From an uncultured Gammaproteobacteria bacterium (lineage in GTDB: Bacteria; Patescibacteriota; Microgenomatia; Daviesbacterales; UBA10151), in the NCBI GenBank assembly GCA_964551255.1, contig CAZKAW010000002.1:1-61905 (forward strand): a stretch of DNA of 61,905 nt. The letters run 5' to 3'. The notes beneath the pieces were generated by a model. The model made no database searches, was not told where the DNA came from, and worked only from the letters and a program-made list of their open reading frames with translations. The translations under genes and the position numbers were made by a program. This document shows, in pieces, positions 1 to 9,145 of the stretch; the stretch's first letter is position 1; each line of letters starts with the position of its first letter.

Positions 1-181
1 AGTTATGCAGGAATTTTATGGGTCAAAATGGATGGGAGATTTTACAGAGTCAGAACAAGAATGAAGATAGTAGCTCTAAAGCTAGTTCGATTCCCTTTAG
101 GGTGTAAGTTTATAAGCTTAAATTTTGGCAACTTTCGGCAACTTTCTGAGGCTAAAATCCACGAGTTCGATAAAAATCCTA

Positions 182-255
182 TGGAGCGGGATACGAGAAT
201 CGAACTCGCATCTCTACCTTGGGAAGGTAGCGTTCTACCACTGAACCAATCCCGC
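182..255 (-). tRNA. tRNA-Gly (anticodon CCC), CCA encoded
   Basis: The reverse complement folds as a cloverleaf: acceptor GCGGGAT/ATCCCGC, D arm GTTC-AGTGGTA-GAAC, anticodon arm CTACC-TTCCCAA-GGTAG, T arm GCGAG-TTCGATT-CTCGT, then T-CCA. Length is 74 nt. Confidence 0.9.
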
Positions 256-329
256 ATAAGTGTATTTTACCATGGAATTTACCTTGGAATTGATTTATAC
301 TGAATCCAGATAAAAGTAGTAATTAAATC

Positions 330-1055
330 ATGTCTTACAGAAGCCGCCGTTCAGTCAGGAGATTGGCAAAAAAAAGCAGAAGAAATTTTCTTGTCACTTT
401 AATTCTAATTATATTTATTCTATATGTGACTATTACTTGGGTGCTGCCATTTTTTATTACCGGACTGGGTTTTATTACCGGCATATTTAAACCTCAACAA
501 AAAGTTACTACTAGAATAAGTGAGAACACCTCTCTTGCTCCTCCGGTTTTAAATATTCCCTATGAGGCCACCAATACTGCCCAAATTAACATTCAAGGTT
601 ATGCTACTCCCAACTCCAAAGTTAAACTGTATATAGATGACGAATCCAAACAAACAATAGACGTTTCTACAGAAGGAAAATTTATTTTTTCAGATGTAAT
701 GTTAAGTTTGGGGACAAATAATATTTATGCTAAAACTTTGGATGAAAAAGATCGGGAAAGTCTTCCTTCCAAACTTATCAAAATTATGTATGACAATGAG
801 AAACCTTTTTTAACCTTAGCTGAACCACAGGATAACAAAAAAATACAGGGAGGTGATAAAAAAGTAAAACTTTCCGGTAATACCGAAGCAGGCGCACAGA
901 TATTTATTAATGGCACTCAAGTAATAGTAGATCAATCCGGAAACTTTCAAGCCGAACGCGAGTTAAATGAAGGAGACAATAATTTTGACATTAAAGCATT
1001 GGACCAAGCTTCAAACACTACAGAAATTTCCAGAAAAGTAAGCTACGAACCTTAA
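330..1055 (+). CDS. membrane-anchored surface protein with Ig-like beta repeats
   Basis: Basic N-terminus (RSRRSVRRLAKKSRR) followed by one TM helix. Two beta-rich modules end in similar NNIYAKTLD and NNFDIKALD motifs. The family was not recognised more precisely. Confidence 0.5.
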   Translation: MSYRSRRSVRRLAKKSRRNFLVTLILIIFILYVTITWVLPFFITGLGFITGIFKPQQKVTTRISENTSLAPPVLNIPYEATNTAQINIQGYATPNSKVKLYIDDESKQTIDVSTEGKFIFSDVMLSLGTNNIYAKTLDEKDRESLPSKLIKIMYDNEKPFLTLAEPQDNKKIQGGDKKVKLSGNTEAGAQIFINGTQVIVDQSGNFQAERELNEGDNNFDIKALDQASNTTEISRKVSYEP

Positions 1056-1072
1056 GAAAGTAAAGGTCCCTT

Positions 1073-2212
1073 ATGAAACTTCCAAGTTTAATCCTGACAT
1101 TAGCTATAGTAAGCGGCCAATTAATAAGAATACCTCTGGGACAGGGTGGCTTAACTTTACTGGACATCACAGTTATTATTTTAACTTTTTACGGCCTGGT
1201 CAAAATTAAATTTCGTTTGAAGAGTGCGCCTCTTTTTATCAAGCTGGCCTTCACATTTGCCGTGATAGGCCTTATTTCTTTGATCCTCACCCCCCTTAAG
1301 CTTAATTTTTGGGAATTTTTTATTAGTATTTCCTATATCATTAGATTTATCCTTTATGTTTTGCTTGCCTGGGTAATTTATAGCCGGGAGAGCGATTTTA
1401 AAAAACAAATCAATGTGTTCCTTTTATATTCCGGGGTCATTTTGGCAATTTTAGGATTAAGTCAGTTTATATTGTTACCTGATCTAAGGTTTTTAGAAAA
1501 AGGGGGCTGGGACCCTCATTATTTTAGAACTGTTTCCGCTTTTTTGGACCCTAATTTTGCAGGAGCTTATTTTGTTTTAACACTGATTTTACTGATCCGG
1601 AAATTTTCCCCGGCAAAAAAAAGTCTAATTTTTTTTATAGTTGTATTCGCAGCCCTTATGACAACCTTTTCCAGAAGCAGCTATTTAATGTTTTTAAGTG
1701 GCGGATTAGTATTTTCTTTCCTTAAAAAATCCTGGAAACTTGCCACAACTACAGTGATCCTTTTCATATTACTTTTTTACAGTTTCCAACTCTACACCAA
1801 ATCAGTAGCAGAACCAAGAAAAATTGAAAGGGGTAAATCTGCCTCATACCGTTTAGGCACTTGGCAGCAAGGACTGGCTATTTTCCAATCTTCACCAATT
1901 TTAGGGGTAGGCTTTAACACCTACAGATATGCCCTCAAACAATATCATTTAGGTGACGGACAGTTTCTAAAAAGCCATGGGGCTTCCGGTAATGATTCCA
2001 GCCTGCTTTTTGTAGCAGCTACCACCGGCAGTGTTGGAGTTTTAGTTTATATTTTATTTTTGATTTCACTAATAAGGCGGGGTTTTAGAACAAACTTAGC
2101 TTTATCAGCAGGAATTGGTGGTCTATTACTACACTCCTTTTTCGCCAACAGCCTTTTCTATCCACCTATACTTATCTGGATTTTACTCATCTCAGTAACT
2201 TCCAAAAAGTAA
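1073..2212 (+). CDS. O-antigen ligase / Wzy_C family polytopic membrane protein
   Basis: About 10 TM helices. Contains TTFSRSSYL and a periplasmic loop GVGFNTYRY...SHGASGNDSSLLFVAATTG, typical of the Wzy_C/WaaL-like family. Confidence 0.7.
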   Translation: MKLPSLILTLAIVSGQLIRIPLGQGGLTLLDITVIILTFYGLVKIKFRLKSAPLFIKLAFTFAVIGLISLILTPLKLNFWEFFISISYIIRFILYVLLAWVIYSRESDFKKQINVFLLYSGVILAILGLSQFILLPDLRFLEKGGWDPHYFRTVSAFLDPNFAGAYFVLTLILLIRKFSPAKKSLIFFIVVFAALMTTFSRSSYLMFLSGGLVFSFLKKSWKLATTTVILFILLFYSFQLYTKSVAEPRKIERGKSASYRLGTWQQGLAIFQSSPILGVGFNTYRYALKQYHLGDGQFLKSHGASGNDSSLLFVAATTGSVGVLVYILFLISLIRRGFRTNLALSAGIGGLLLHSFFANSLFYPPILIWILLISVTSKK

Positions 2213-2528
2213 TTTTTTTAGGCTGAAGAAAGCTTTCCAGATAATCATCGGGTATCTTTTTCATACTTTGCACTTTTGTTCTTTCCCTAAGAAGATGAGG
2301 AAGATGCATTAGCAGCCATCCGGTTGCAAGAATCGGTGGCCAAAAATAACCTTTTTTTAACTGGTAAAGACAGGTATTAAAAAAAACAAGTATAATTTTA
2401 AGCCACCGGAAATTTTTAAATAAAAGCGTGGGCGGAAAATCCTTAAAAGTCTGTTTGGTTAAAGACGATAGACAATCTTTTAATAAACTCACTCCATTCC
2501 AGTTGGGGATAATAACTGAAGCTTTCAT
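2187..2528 (-). pseudogene. internally deleted GT2 glycosyltransferase remnant
   Basis: The first 31 aa (MKASVIIPNWNGVSLLKDCLSSLTKQTFKDF) are a GT2 N-terminus. They join directly to a GT2-type C-terminal tail (LFKNFRWL...LRERTKVQSMKKIPDDYL). The DxD catalytic core is missing. The 3' end overlaps the convergent Wzy_C gene. Confidence 0.5.
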
Positions 2529-2929
2529 CTCACTTTACCAAGCGCCACTTTCTGAATTAATATATAGAAAATTATAAAAGATAGGATATCTGAAACAACG
2601 GTTATCCACGATGCTGCGATGTAGCCGTATAAGGGAATAAACAATAAGTTTGCAACTATGTTAAATAAAACAGTGCTAAACGATAAGGGTATAACCTGCT
2701 TTAAGAACTTATCAGAAGATAACAAAAGAGAAACTGCGCTTGTTTGCATTAATATAAATGGTATTGCCAAAGATAAAATATTCACGGCAGGAATAGCCGG
2801 AAGAAATTGGGGGAGAAAAACCTTTATAATTGGGGGCAAAATCAGTAGATAGCTGAAGGTTATAATTAGCCCTAAGCTTCCCAGTAATTTTAAAGATTTA
2901 AAATAGAGCTTTTTCGTATCGGCAGGATT
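2525..2929 (-). pseudogene. C-terminal remnant of a Wzx/MOP-family polysaccharide flippase
   Basis: The frame is open from 2929 down to 2525 and encodes only about 4 TM helices (..LGSLGLIITFSYLLILPPIIKVFLPQFLPAIPAVNILSLAIPFILMQTS..). There is no ATG start. It is truncated 18 nt from the 3' end of tRNA-Val. It keeps a 4-nt overlap with the GT2 remnant. Confidence 0.5.
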
Positions 2930-2947
2930 TCAGAAAATCCCGGTCTG

Positions 2948-3019
2948 TGGACACTGTAGGATTTGAACCTACGGCCTTCTCGATGTGAACGAGACGCTCT
3001 ACCGCTGAGCTAAGTGTCC
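2948..3019 (-). tRNA. tRNA-Val (anticodon CAC), CCA not encoded
   Basis: The reverse complement is GGACACT-TA-GCTCAGCGGTAGAGC-G-TCTCG-TTCACAT-CGAGA-AGGCC-GTAGG-TTCAAAT-CCTAC-AGTGTCC-A. Length is 72 nt. Confidence 0.9.
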
Positions 3020-3083
3020 TACCCACACATTCTAGCATTCATGCTATTGCATCTCAAGCTAAAGATTTGCGATAATTGGGAAT

Positions 3084-3668
3084 GTGGATCCAAATGATTT
3101 AAACTATACCCCGGATAAGGGGTTTTTTGAAAATTTAGGCACCCATATTATTGACTTTATTGAAACCTTGGTAGTATTTGGGGCTATTTTTGCCCTGCTC
3201 TACCTTTTTGTAGCCCAATTTCACAAAGTTTCCGGAAGCTCCATGTTTCCTATTCTTCATGACGGGGATTATTTAATCACCGAAAAAATAAGCTACAGGC
3301 TGGGGGATCCAAATAGGGGAGAGATTATTGTTCTAAAAAATCCCAAAGATGAATCCCAGGATTTTATCAAAAGGATTATTGCTGTACCCGGTGATACTAT
3401 TAAAATAGAAAATAGCCAGGTTTTTGTAAATGGAGGTGCAGTTAGTGAGTCCTACCTTCCACCAAATACCCCAACTCATTCCGGATCCTTCTTAACAGAA
3501 AAAAATACTATCAAAGCAGGTCCCAATCAATATTTTGTTTTGGGGGATAACAGAAATCACTCATCCGACTCCAGAGAATGGGGGGCAATCACTAAACAGG
3601 AAATTGTAGGCAAGGCTTTTTTCAGATACTGGCCTCCGCAGGATATGGGGTTGCTTACCCGAAAGTAA
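3084..3668 (+). CDS. lepB: signal peptidase I
   Basis: S26 family motifs are present: SGSSMFPIL (catalytic Ser), FIKRIIAVPGDTI (Lys box) and VLGDNRNHSSDSR. It has an N-terminal TM helix and a GTG start. Confidence 0.9.
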   Translation: MDPNDLNYTPDKGFFENLGTHIIDFIETLVVFGAIFALLYLFVAQFHKVSGSSMFPILHDGDYLITEKISYRLGDPNRGEIIVLKNPKDESQDFIKRIIAVPGDTIKIENSQVFVNGGAVSESYLPPNTPTHSGSFLTEKNTIKAGPNQYFVLGDNRNHSSDSREWGAITKQEIVGKAFFRYWPPQDMGLLTRK

Positions 3669-3670
3669 CG

Positions 3671-4516
3671 TTACATCAAATTAAAGTGATCTACAATTGC
3701 CTGACGGATATCCTCTAAAATAGCAGTAGTTTTACTTGGCTCACCTTCTATCATCAGTTCCACTTTAGCTTTTTTACCTGTTTGGGAACACTTAACGTGC
3801 AGCTTATCCGCTTTTCTGGAAAGAGCTGTACTCAAATCATTTTGTACCCTGTCCAACTCCTCGGAGACAATATGCATACTAACCACATCTGCACCTCTTT
3901 TAGGGCCTATGTCGCTTTTGGCTCTGAATCTTCTGACCATTTCCTCAGTTCCCCTTACCGATAAATTTCTTTTTAACACCTCTTTATAAGCGGCAATTAT
4001 CAGGTGCGGGTCCTCCAGGGCGGACAAGGCTCTGGCGTGACCTTCCGTAGTAGCACCTGACATGAGGGCGTCTTTTAAGGCATCAGGCAAAGTTAAAAGT
4101 CTAATGGTGTTGGAGATATAAGATGGACTTTTTGAAACTCTTTCGGCAATTTCAGCATTGGTCAAACCAAATTCTTCCATGAGCCTTTTATAAGCCTGTG
4201 CCCTTTCCAGCGGGTTTAGATCAATTCTTTGGACATTTTCCACTATGGCCATCTCCAGCATGCCTTGGGGAGAAGTTTCCCGTATAATTACCGGAACTTT
4301 ACTCAGACCCACCAATTTGGAGGCTCTCCATCGTCTTTCACCGGCTATAATTTGGTACCCGGCCGGAGTTTTAGCTACTACCAAAGGCTCCAAAATCCCA
4401 TGAGCTCTAATAGATTCAGCCAGTTCAGATAACGACTCCGGCGTTATCAAACCACGGGGTTGCAAAGGGTTAGGTTGCAGTAAATCATGTTCCAGTTCGT
4501 AAATTTGATCTTCCAT
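3671..4516 (-). CDS. parB: ParB/Spo0J-family partition protein
   Basis: Contains the ParB box IIAGERRWRA, LNPLERA and the HTH segment LTNAEIAERVSKSPSYISNTIRLL. Confidence 0.85.
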   Translation of the reverse strand: MEDQIYELEHDLLQPNPLQPRGLITPESLSELAESIRAHGILEPLVVAKTPAGYQIIAGERRWRASKLVGLSKVPVIIRETSPQGMLEMAIVENVQRIDLNPLERAQAYKRLMEEFGLTNAEIAERVSKSPSYISNTIRLLTLPDALKDALMSGATTEGHARALSALEDPHLIIAAYKEVLKRNLSVRGTEEMVRRFRAKSDIGPKRGADVVSMHIVSEELDRVQNDLSTALSRKADKLHVKCSQTGKKAKVELMIEGEPSKTTAILEDIRQAIVDHFNLM

Positions 4517-4521
4517 TTTAT

Positions 4522-4767
4522 TCAGGATACGTGAACATAAGTTTTATCCAATTTCTTTTTAAATTCAACATTTCCACCTACAGTTGCAAAGATAGTATAA
4601 TCGTTACCTTGTTTGGTGCCTATCCCCGGATAAAATTTGTTCCCTTTTTGCCTGATAATGATATTACCGGAAAGAACTATTCCTCCACCATATACCTTAA
4701 CCCCCAGACGCTTGGAAATTGAATCCCTATTCTTTTTGGTAGTTGATCCACCTTTTTTATGTGCCAT
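4522..4767 (-). CDS. rpmA: 50S ribosomal protein L27
   Basis: MAHKKGGSTTKKNRDSISKRLGVKVYGG.. is the canonical L27 N-terminus. Confidence 0.95.
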   Translation of the reverse strand: MAHKKGGSTTKKNRDSISKRLGVKVYGGGIVLSGNIIIRQKGNKFYPGIGTKQGNDYTIFATVGGNVEFKKKLDKTYVHVS

Positions 4768-4804
4768 ATCAGTATTTGGATTTTAAGTCTTGTGAAAATA
4801 TAAG

Positions 4805-5116
4805 TCAAGTAAATTTTTTCACAGCATAAACTATTTTGGTTTTTTTGGGTCTGATGCCGGTAACTTTTCGAAAATTAGCCTTGGCATGAAATTTGGCTAC
4901 CCTAATTTTTTCTGTCTTGATATTTTCCAAAATCTCCAAGATCAGCTTTTCTTTTAAAAATGGGGTACCAAACTTAACCTTCCCAGCTTCGGAAAGAAGC
5001 AGAACCTCCGCTTCGACTTTTTCATCTTTATCCCCTAATAAATCCACCAGGAAAGGCTGGTTAGGGATTACTTTGTATTGTTTTCCACTAATTTCACAAA
5101 CTGCAAAATCAAACAT
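4805..5116 (-). CDS. rplU: 50S ribosomal protein L21
   Basis: Contains FAVCEISGKQYKV.. and ..KFHAKANFRKVTGIRPKKTKI. It lies immediately upstream of rpmA, the conserved arrangement. Confidence 0.9.
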   Translation of the reverse strand: MFDFAVCEISGKQYKVIPNQPFLVDLLGDKDEKVEAEVLLLSEAGKVKFGTPFLKEKLILEILENIKTEKIRVAKFHAKANFRKVTGIRPKKTKIVYAVKKFT

Positions 5117-5161
5117 GGGCTAAATTTTACATTTTCCTAAACTATAATGCAAGGCTCCGGC

Positions 5162-6226
5162 TTAATCCGGATTAATTCTCTTTACGGACTTAGATACCGA
5201 TGATACCAAACCTAGACAAATAATGGTTGCCACCAGGGAGCTTCCGCCATAAGAAATAAGAGGCAAAGTAATACCGGTAATAGGTAAGATTCCCATATTC
5301 ATCCCCATGTTGACAAAAATTTGAAAAGAAATTTGCGAAAAAACTCCCAACACTAACAGATAACTAAACCTATCTTCGGTTTTTCCGGCCACCCTTAAAA
5401 TATAAATAAGCAGGTATAAATAGAGGACCAGAATAACCACAGAGCCTAAAAACCCCATTTCCTCGGCAATGGAAGCAAAGATAAAATCAGTTCTAAACTC
5501 GGGTAAGAATTGCAACCGGGATTGTGTTCCTCTACCCAGCCCCCGACCCCAAAGCTGTCCGGATCCCACAGCTATAGTGGACTGGATTAAATTATAACCC
5601 CTGCCCAGTGGATCAGATTCAGGCGATAAAAAACCGGTTATTCTTTGTCTTTGATAGTCTTTTAGAAAAACCCAGCTAAGGGGAATTATTATCAAGGCAA
5701 CAAGGGTTAAAATTAATATCTTTTTTAGGGAAATTTTGGAAGCAAATAACATTCCTGTCCAAATAGCCACCAAGGTCAAAGAAGATCCCAAGTCAGGTTG
5801 CTTAAATATTAATAAAATAACAGGCGCTGCCCAAAATAGGCTTTTAAAAACATTTCTCCAACCGGGAACATTTTTACTCCAGAAAGCAGCTAAAAATAAG
5901 ATTAACACCGGTTTGGCAAATTCTGAAGGCTGAATATTAATTAACCCCAGAGGTATCCACCTGATTGATCCTCTTGTCTCTATACCTAAGATTAAAACTG
6001 CTATTAAAAGAAAGATGATAAAAAAATAGAGTGGCTTAACAAATCTTTTCAGAGAATGCGTATCCAGCTGCAAAATCAATACATAAAATAAGCATCCAAT
6101 AACAACATAAAGGAGTTGCCCAATAGCCAGCTCTTTAGACGAGGAATAAATTACCAAAATCCCCACTGAAAGAAGTAGTAAGCTTGACAGCGTAATTGGC
6201 CAGTTAAATATTTGAGGAACTTTCAT
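5162..6226 (-). CDS. rodA: SEDS-family (FtsW/RodA/SpoVE) peptidoglycan polymerase, RodA-like
   Basis: About 10 TM helices with SEDS motifs QPSEFAKP, FKQPDLGS, EFRTDFIFA and PLISYGGSS. It lies outside the division cluster, so RodA-like is an inference. Confidence 0.75.
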   Translation of the reverse strand: MKVPQIFNWPITLSSLLLLSVGILVIYSSSKELAIGQLLYVVIGCLFYVLILQLDTHSLKRFVKPLYFFIIFLLIAVLILGIETRGSIRWIPLGLINIQPSEFAKPVLILFLAAFWSKNVPGWRNVFKSLFWAAPVILLIFKQPDLGSSLTLVAIWTGMLFASKISLKKILILTLVALIIIPLSWVFLKDYQRQRITGFLSPESDPLGRGYNLIQSTIAVGSGQLWGRGLGRGTQSRLQFLPEFRTDFIFASIAEEMGFLGSVVILVLYLYLLIYILRVAGKTEDRFSYLLVLGVFSQISFQIFVNMGMNMGILPITGITLPLISYGGSSLVATIICLGLVSSVSKSVKRINPD

Positions 6227-9113
6227 CTTCAGCTTTTAAAACCTGCAGCTGCTCACCTTTGATAAGAGAAATAGAGGCTGTTGATGCTAAAATTTGCTTT
6301 TCAAAAACCTTTGGCCAGGTTGGGGCAACAATTTTAGTTTTGTCTGCTAAAGTCAGGTTTTGTTCTTTTCTTAACTGCTGAATTTCCCTAATCAAATCCC
6401 TTGCCTCACCTTCCTCTTTAAGGATAGGAGTAATATTTGTATCCAATTTTATCTCAGGCTTTTTATTTGAGGACTGCTCGTACTCAACTTTCTTAACATT
6501 TAGTTCCGCCTTCAGAAGTTGTTCTAAATCTTTACTCAATTGCTCTTTACCTAAGTAAATGAGAGATGCCAGGGGTTGACGCAGTTTAATATTTTCCTCC
6601 TTCCTTTTGGCATGAGCCATTTCCGCTACCTTCCTTACAGTCTCCATATCTTTTGTAAGAACTTCATCTAACAAAGCCTTATTACTTTCCGGATAATCTA
6701 CGAGATGAACAGATTCATCTCCGGTTAAATTCCTGTACATTTCTTCTGTTATAAACGGAATAAAAGGTGCCAAAAGTTTAGAAAGTGTTATTAAAATTTC
6801 ATAAATAACTGAAAGAGTAGTATTTCGCTCCTGTTCTGAAGCCTCCGGCCCAACTCTATCTCTTGATCTTCTGATATACCAGGTGGAAAAATCATTAACT
6901 ATGAAACCTTCAATAGCTTTGGAAGAAGTAGCTGCGTCAAATTTGGGCAGTTTCTGGTTAGTAAGGAAAACTAATTTTGCCAACCTTGCTAAAATCCATT
7001 TGTCCAGAATTGTTAATTCTCCCCCTTCTTTCGTACTATCCCACTCAGAAAACCTTGCATAATCAACAAAAAATTTATATGAGTTCCACAAAATTAAATA
7101 AAATCTTCTTCGAATTTCATCAGCAACACTGAAACCAAAATGTAAATTGTACTCCGGGTTTTGAGTTACATACAACCACCTCATTACATCAACTCCGATT
7201 TTATCTGCAGCTTCATTAAACTCAATGGCGTTACCTTTTGATTTGTGCATCTCCTCACCTTTTTCATCCACCACGTTAGCAAAACCCAATAAATTATTGA
7301 AAGGATTAGTATTTCTTAAAGCCGTGCTCATCGCGATTAAGGAATAAAACCAATTTTTAAACTGCCCCGGAAAACCTTCGGTCACAAAATCCGCCGGAAA
7401 CCAATCATCCGGCATGGTGGAAAAAGGCACAATTCCGGCATCAAGCCAGGGATTTCCTACATCAGGAATTCTGCTAATCAATTCTTTGCATTTTGAACAC
7501 TTTATTTTTATTTGATCAACCCAAGGCCGGTGAGGAGAATTGCCTTCAAACTGATCCCACCCTTCTGCTGTTTTCTCCTCTAATTCTTCTTTACTTCCCA
7601 CGGTCTCGAAATTACCGCATTTATGACATTCCCAGATGGGCAAAGCCAACCCCCAGTACCTTTTTTTGGAAATTAACCAGTCATTCATATTTTTTAGCCA
7701 GTCCAGTTCCCGATCCAAACCCCACTTAGGAATCCAGTTGATTTTTTTGGCCACCTCTATCATCTGTTCTCTGTAAGTTTTATCGCTTTTATCGGCTTTA
7801 TCCATAGCAATATACCACTCATCAACCACTCTCCAAACAAGTTCCGTTTTACATCTCCAGCAAGTTGGGTATCTATGGGTGTAATTTTTGGTAGTTAGTA
7901 AAAACTTTCCTACTTCATGATTTTTCAAGTAATCAATGATTATTTGAGGAACAAGCTTGGCATTGTTACCGCTAAACTCTCCCATATTATCCATATAGGT
8001 TGCCTCTTCATCGATCATTTCTATTACAGGCAAATCTAGTTTTTTACCCAACTGAAAATCTTCAGTACCGGCACCTGGAGCAACATGTACTAACCCTGTT
8101 CCTTCCTCAGTAGATACAGGCAAAATTTGTTCTTCGCCGGCTACTACCCGATGGGAATAACCCTCTAAAGATTTTTTTACTCTTTCTAGCTGATCAAATG
8201 GCCCTTGATATTCCCAATCCACCATCTCAGAGCCCTTTTTCTTCTCTTCCCTCTTTCCCTCCTCATCCTTCAAAACCCCATCTTGAATTAACCTTTCTAC
8301 TACTTTTTCCATTACCCATACTTTCCCACCTTCCACAGGATAAGCGACATATTCCTCATCCGAATTTACAGCTACCGCCACATTACCCGGGATAGTCCAG
8401 GGAGTAGTTGTCCAAACCAACAGATATTCATTCTCCCGGCCTAAAATAGGCAATTTAAAATAAATTGATTCATGAGTTAATTCTTTATACTCTTCTGTTA
8501 AAATTTCATGTTGAGAGATGGCAGTACCACACCTCGGACACCAGGGCACTGAATCCCGACCCTTATAAAGCCAGCCTTTATCATTAACTACTTTCAAAAA
8601 ATTCCAGATGGCATAATTATTCTTATCGGATGAGGTATGATAAGAATTTTCCCAATCCATAAAATATCCGAGTCTTTTACTTTGCCGTGTTTGAACCGCA
8701 GAATATTTTTTAACCCTCTCTTTACAAAGATTAATAAATTTTTCCAGACTTTTGAATTTATCCCCGGGAATTAAATTCTCAATATCCTTTTTGCTTTTCA
8801 ATCCCAACTCCTTTTCCACTTCCACTTCTACCCAAAGCCCCTGTTCATCAAAGCCGTTTTGAAATCTTTGTCTGTATCCACTCATATTAAAAAATCTTTG
8901 CCAGACGTCTTTGTAGGTCCTGCCCCAGCCATGATGAACACCCATTGGATTATTGGCAGTAATTGGCCCGTCCAAAAAAGAAAATTTCTGTGCGGACTTT
9001 TGATTTCTTTTTAAATACTTCTCAACAATGCCTTTGTTATACCAATAATCCAAAAGCTCCCTCTCAAGAGCCGGAAAATCAACCTGTGAAGAAACTTGTT
9101 TAAATTTAGCCAT
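6204..9113 (-). CDS. ileS: isoleucine--tRNA ligase
   Basis: Class I signatures are present: GPITANNPMGVHHGWG (HIGH-like) and HKSKGN (KMSKS-like). The editing-domain motif WTTTPWTIPGN is present. Cys knuckles CPRCGT, CWRCKT, CHKCG and CSKCK are present. Confidence 0.85.
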   Translation of the reverse strand: MAKFKQVSSQVDFPALERELLDYWYNKGIVEKYLKRNQKSAQKFSFLDGPITANNPMGVHHGWGRTYKDVWQRFFNMSGYRQRFQNGFDEQGLWVEVEVEKELGLKSKKDIENLIPGDKFKSLEKFINLCKERVKKYSAVQTRQSKRLGYFMDWENSYHTSSDKNNYAIWNFLKVVNDKGWLYKGRDSVPWCPRCGTAISQHEILTEEYKELTHESIYFKLPILGRENEYLLVWTTTPWTIPGNVAVAVNSDEEYVAYPVEGGKVWVMEKVVERLIQDGVLKDEEGKREEKKKGSEMVDWEYQGPFDQLERVKKSLEGYSHRVVAGEEQILPVSTEEGTGLVHVAPGAGTEDFQLGKKLDLPVIEMIDEEATYMDNMGEFSGNNAKLVPQIIIDYLKNHEVGKFLLTTKNYTHRYPTCWRCKTELVWRVVDEWYIAMDKADKSDKTYREQMIEVAKKINWIPKWGLDRELDWLKNMNDWLISKKRYWGLALPIWECHKCGNFETVGSKEELEEKTAEGWDQFEGNSPHRPWVDQIKIKCSKCKELISRIPDVGNPWLDAGIVPFSTMPDDWFPADFVTEGFPGQFKNWFYSLIAMSTALRNTNPFNNLLGFANVVDEKGEEMHKSKGNAIEFNEAADKIGVDVMRWLYVTQNPEYNLHFGFSVADEIRRRFYLILWNSYKFFVDYARFSEWDSTKEGGELTILDKWILARLAKLVFLTNQKLPKFDAATSSKAIEGFIVNDFSTWYIRRSRDRVGPEASEQERNTTLSVIYEILITLSKLLAPFIPFITEEMYRNLTGDESVHLVDYPESNKALLDEVLTKDMETVRKVAEMAHAKRKEENIKLRQPLASLIYLGKEQLSKDLEQLLKAELNVKKVEYEQSSNKKPEIKLDTNITPILKEEGEARDLIREIQQLRKEQNLTLADKTKIVAPTWPKVFEKQILASTASISLIKGEQLQVLKAEDESSSNI

Positions 9114-9145
9114 GATGGAATTTTAACAGAAAATTCAGGTATAGA

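Noticed and set aside
127-146. Tandem 10-mer ggcaactttc x2, downstream of tRNA-Gly.
   Set aside because: There are only two copies, with no further periodicity or pairing partner. It is too small to interpret.
28-303. ORFs 28..303 (+) and 42..257 (-) from the six-frame track.
   Set aside because: Both overlap the well-folding tRNA-Gly gene at 182..255 and have no recognisable protein features. They are treated as spurious.
4517-4545. The acgtgaaca segment near the parB start, considered as a parS half-site.
   Set aside because: It is not palindromic and matches the parS consensus only in the central CGTGAA.
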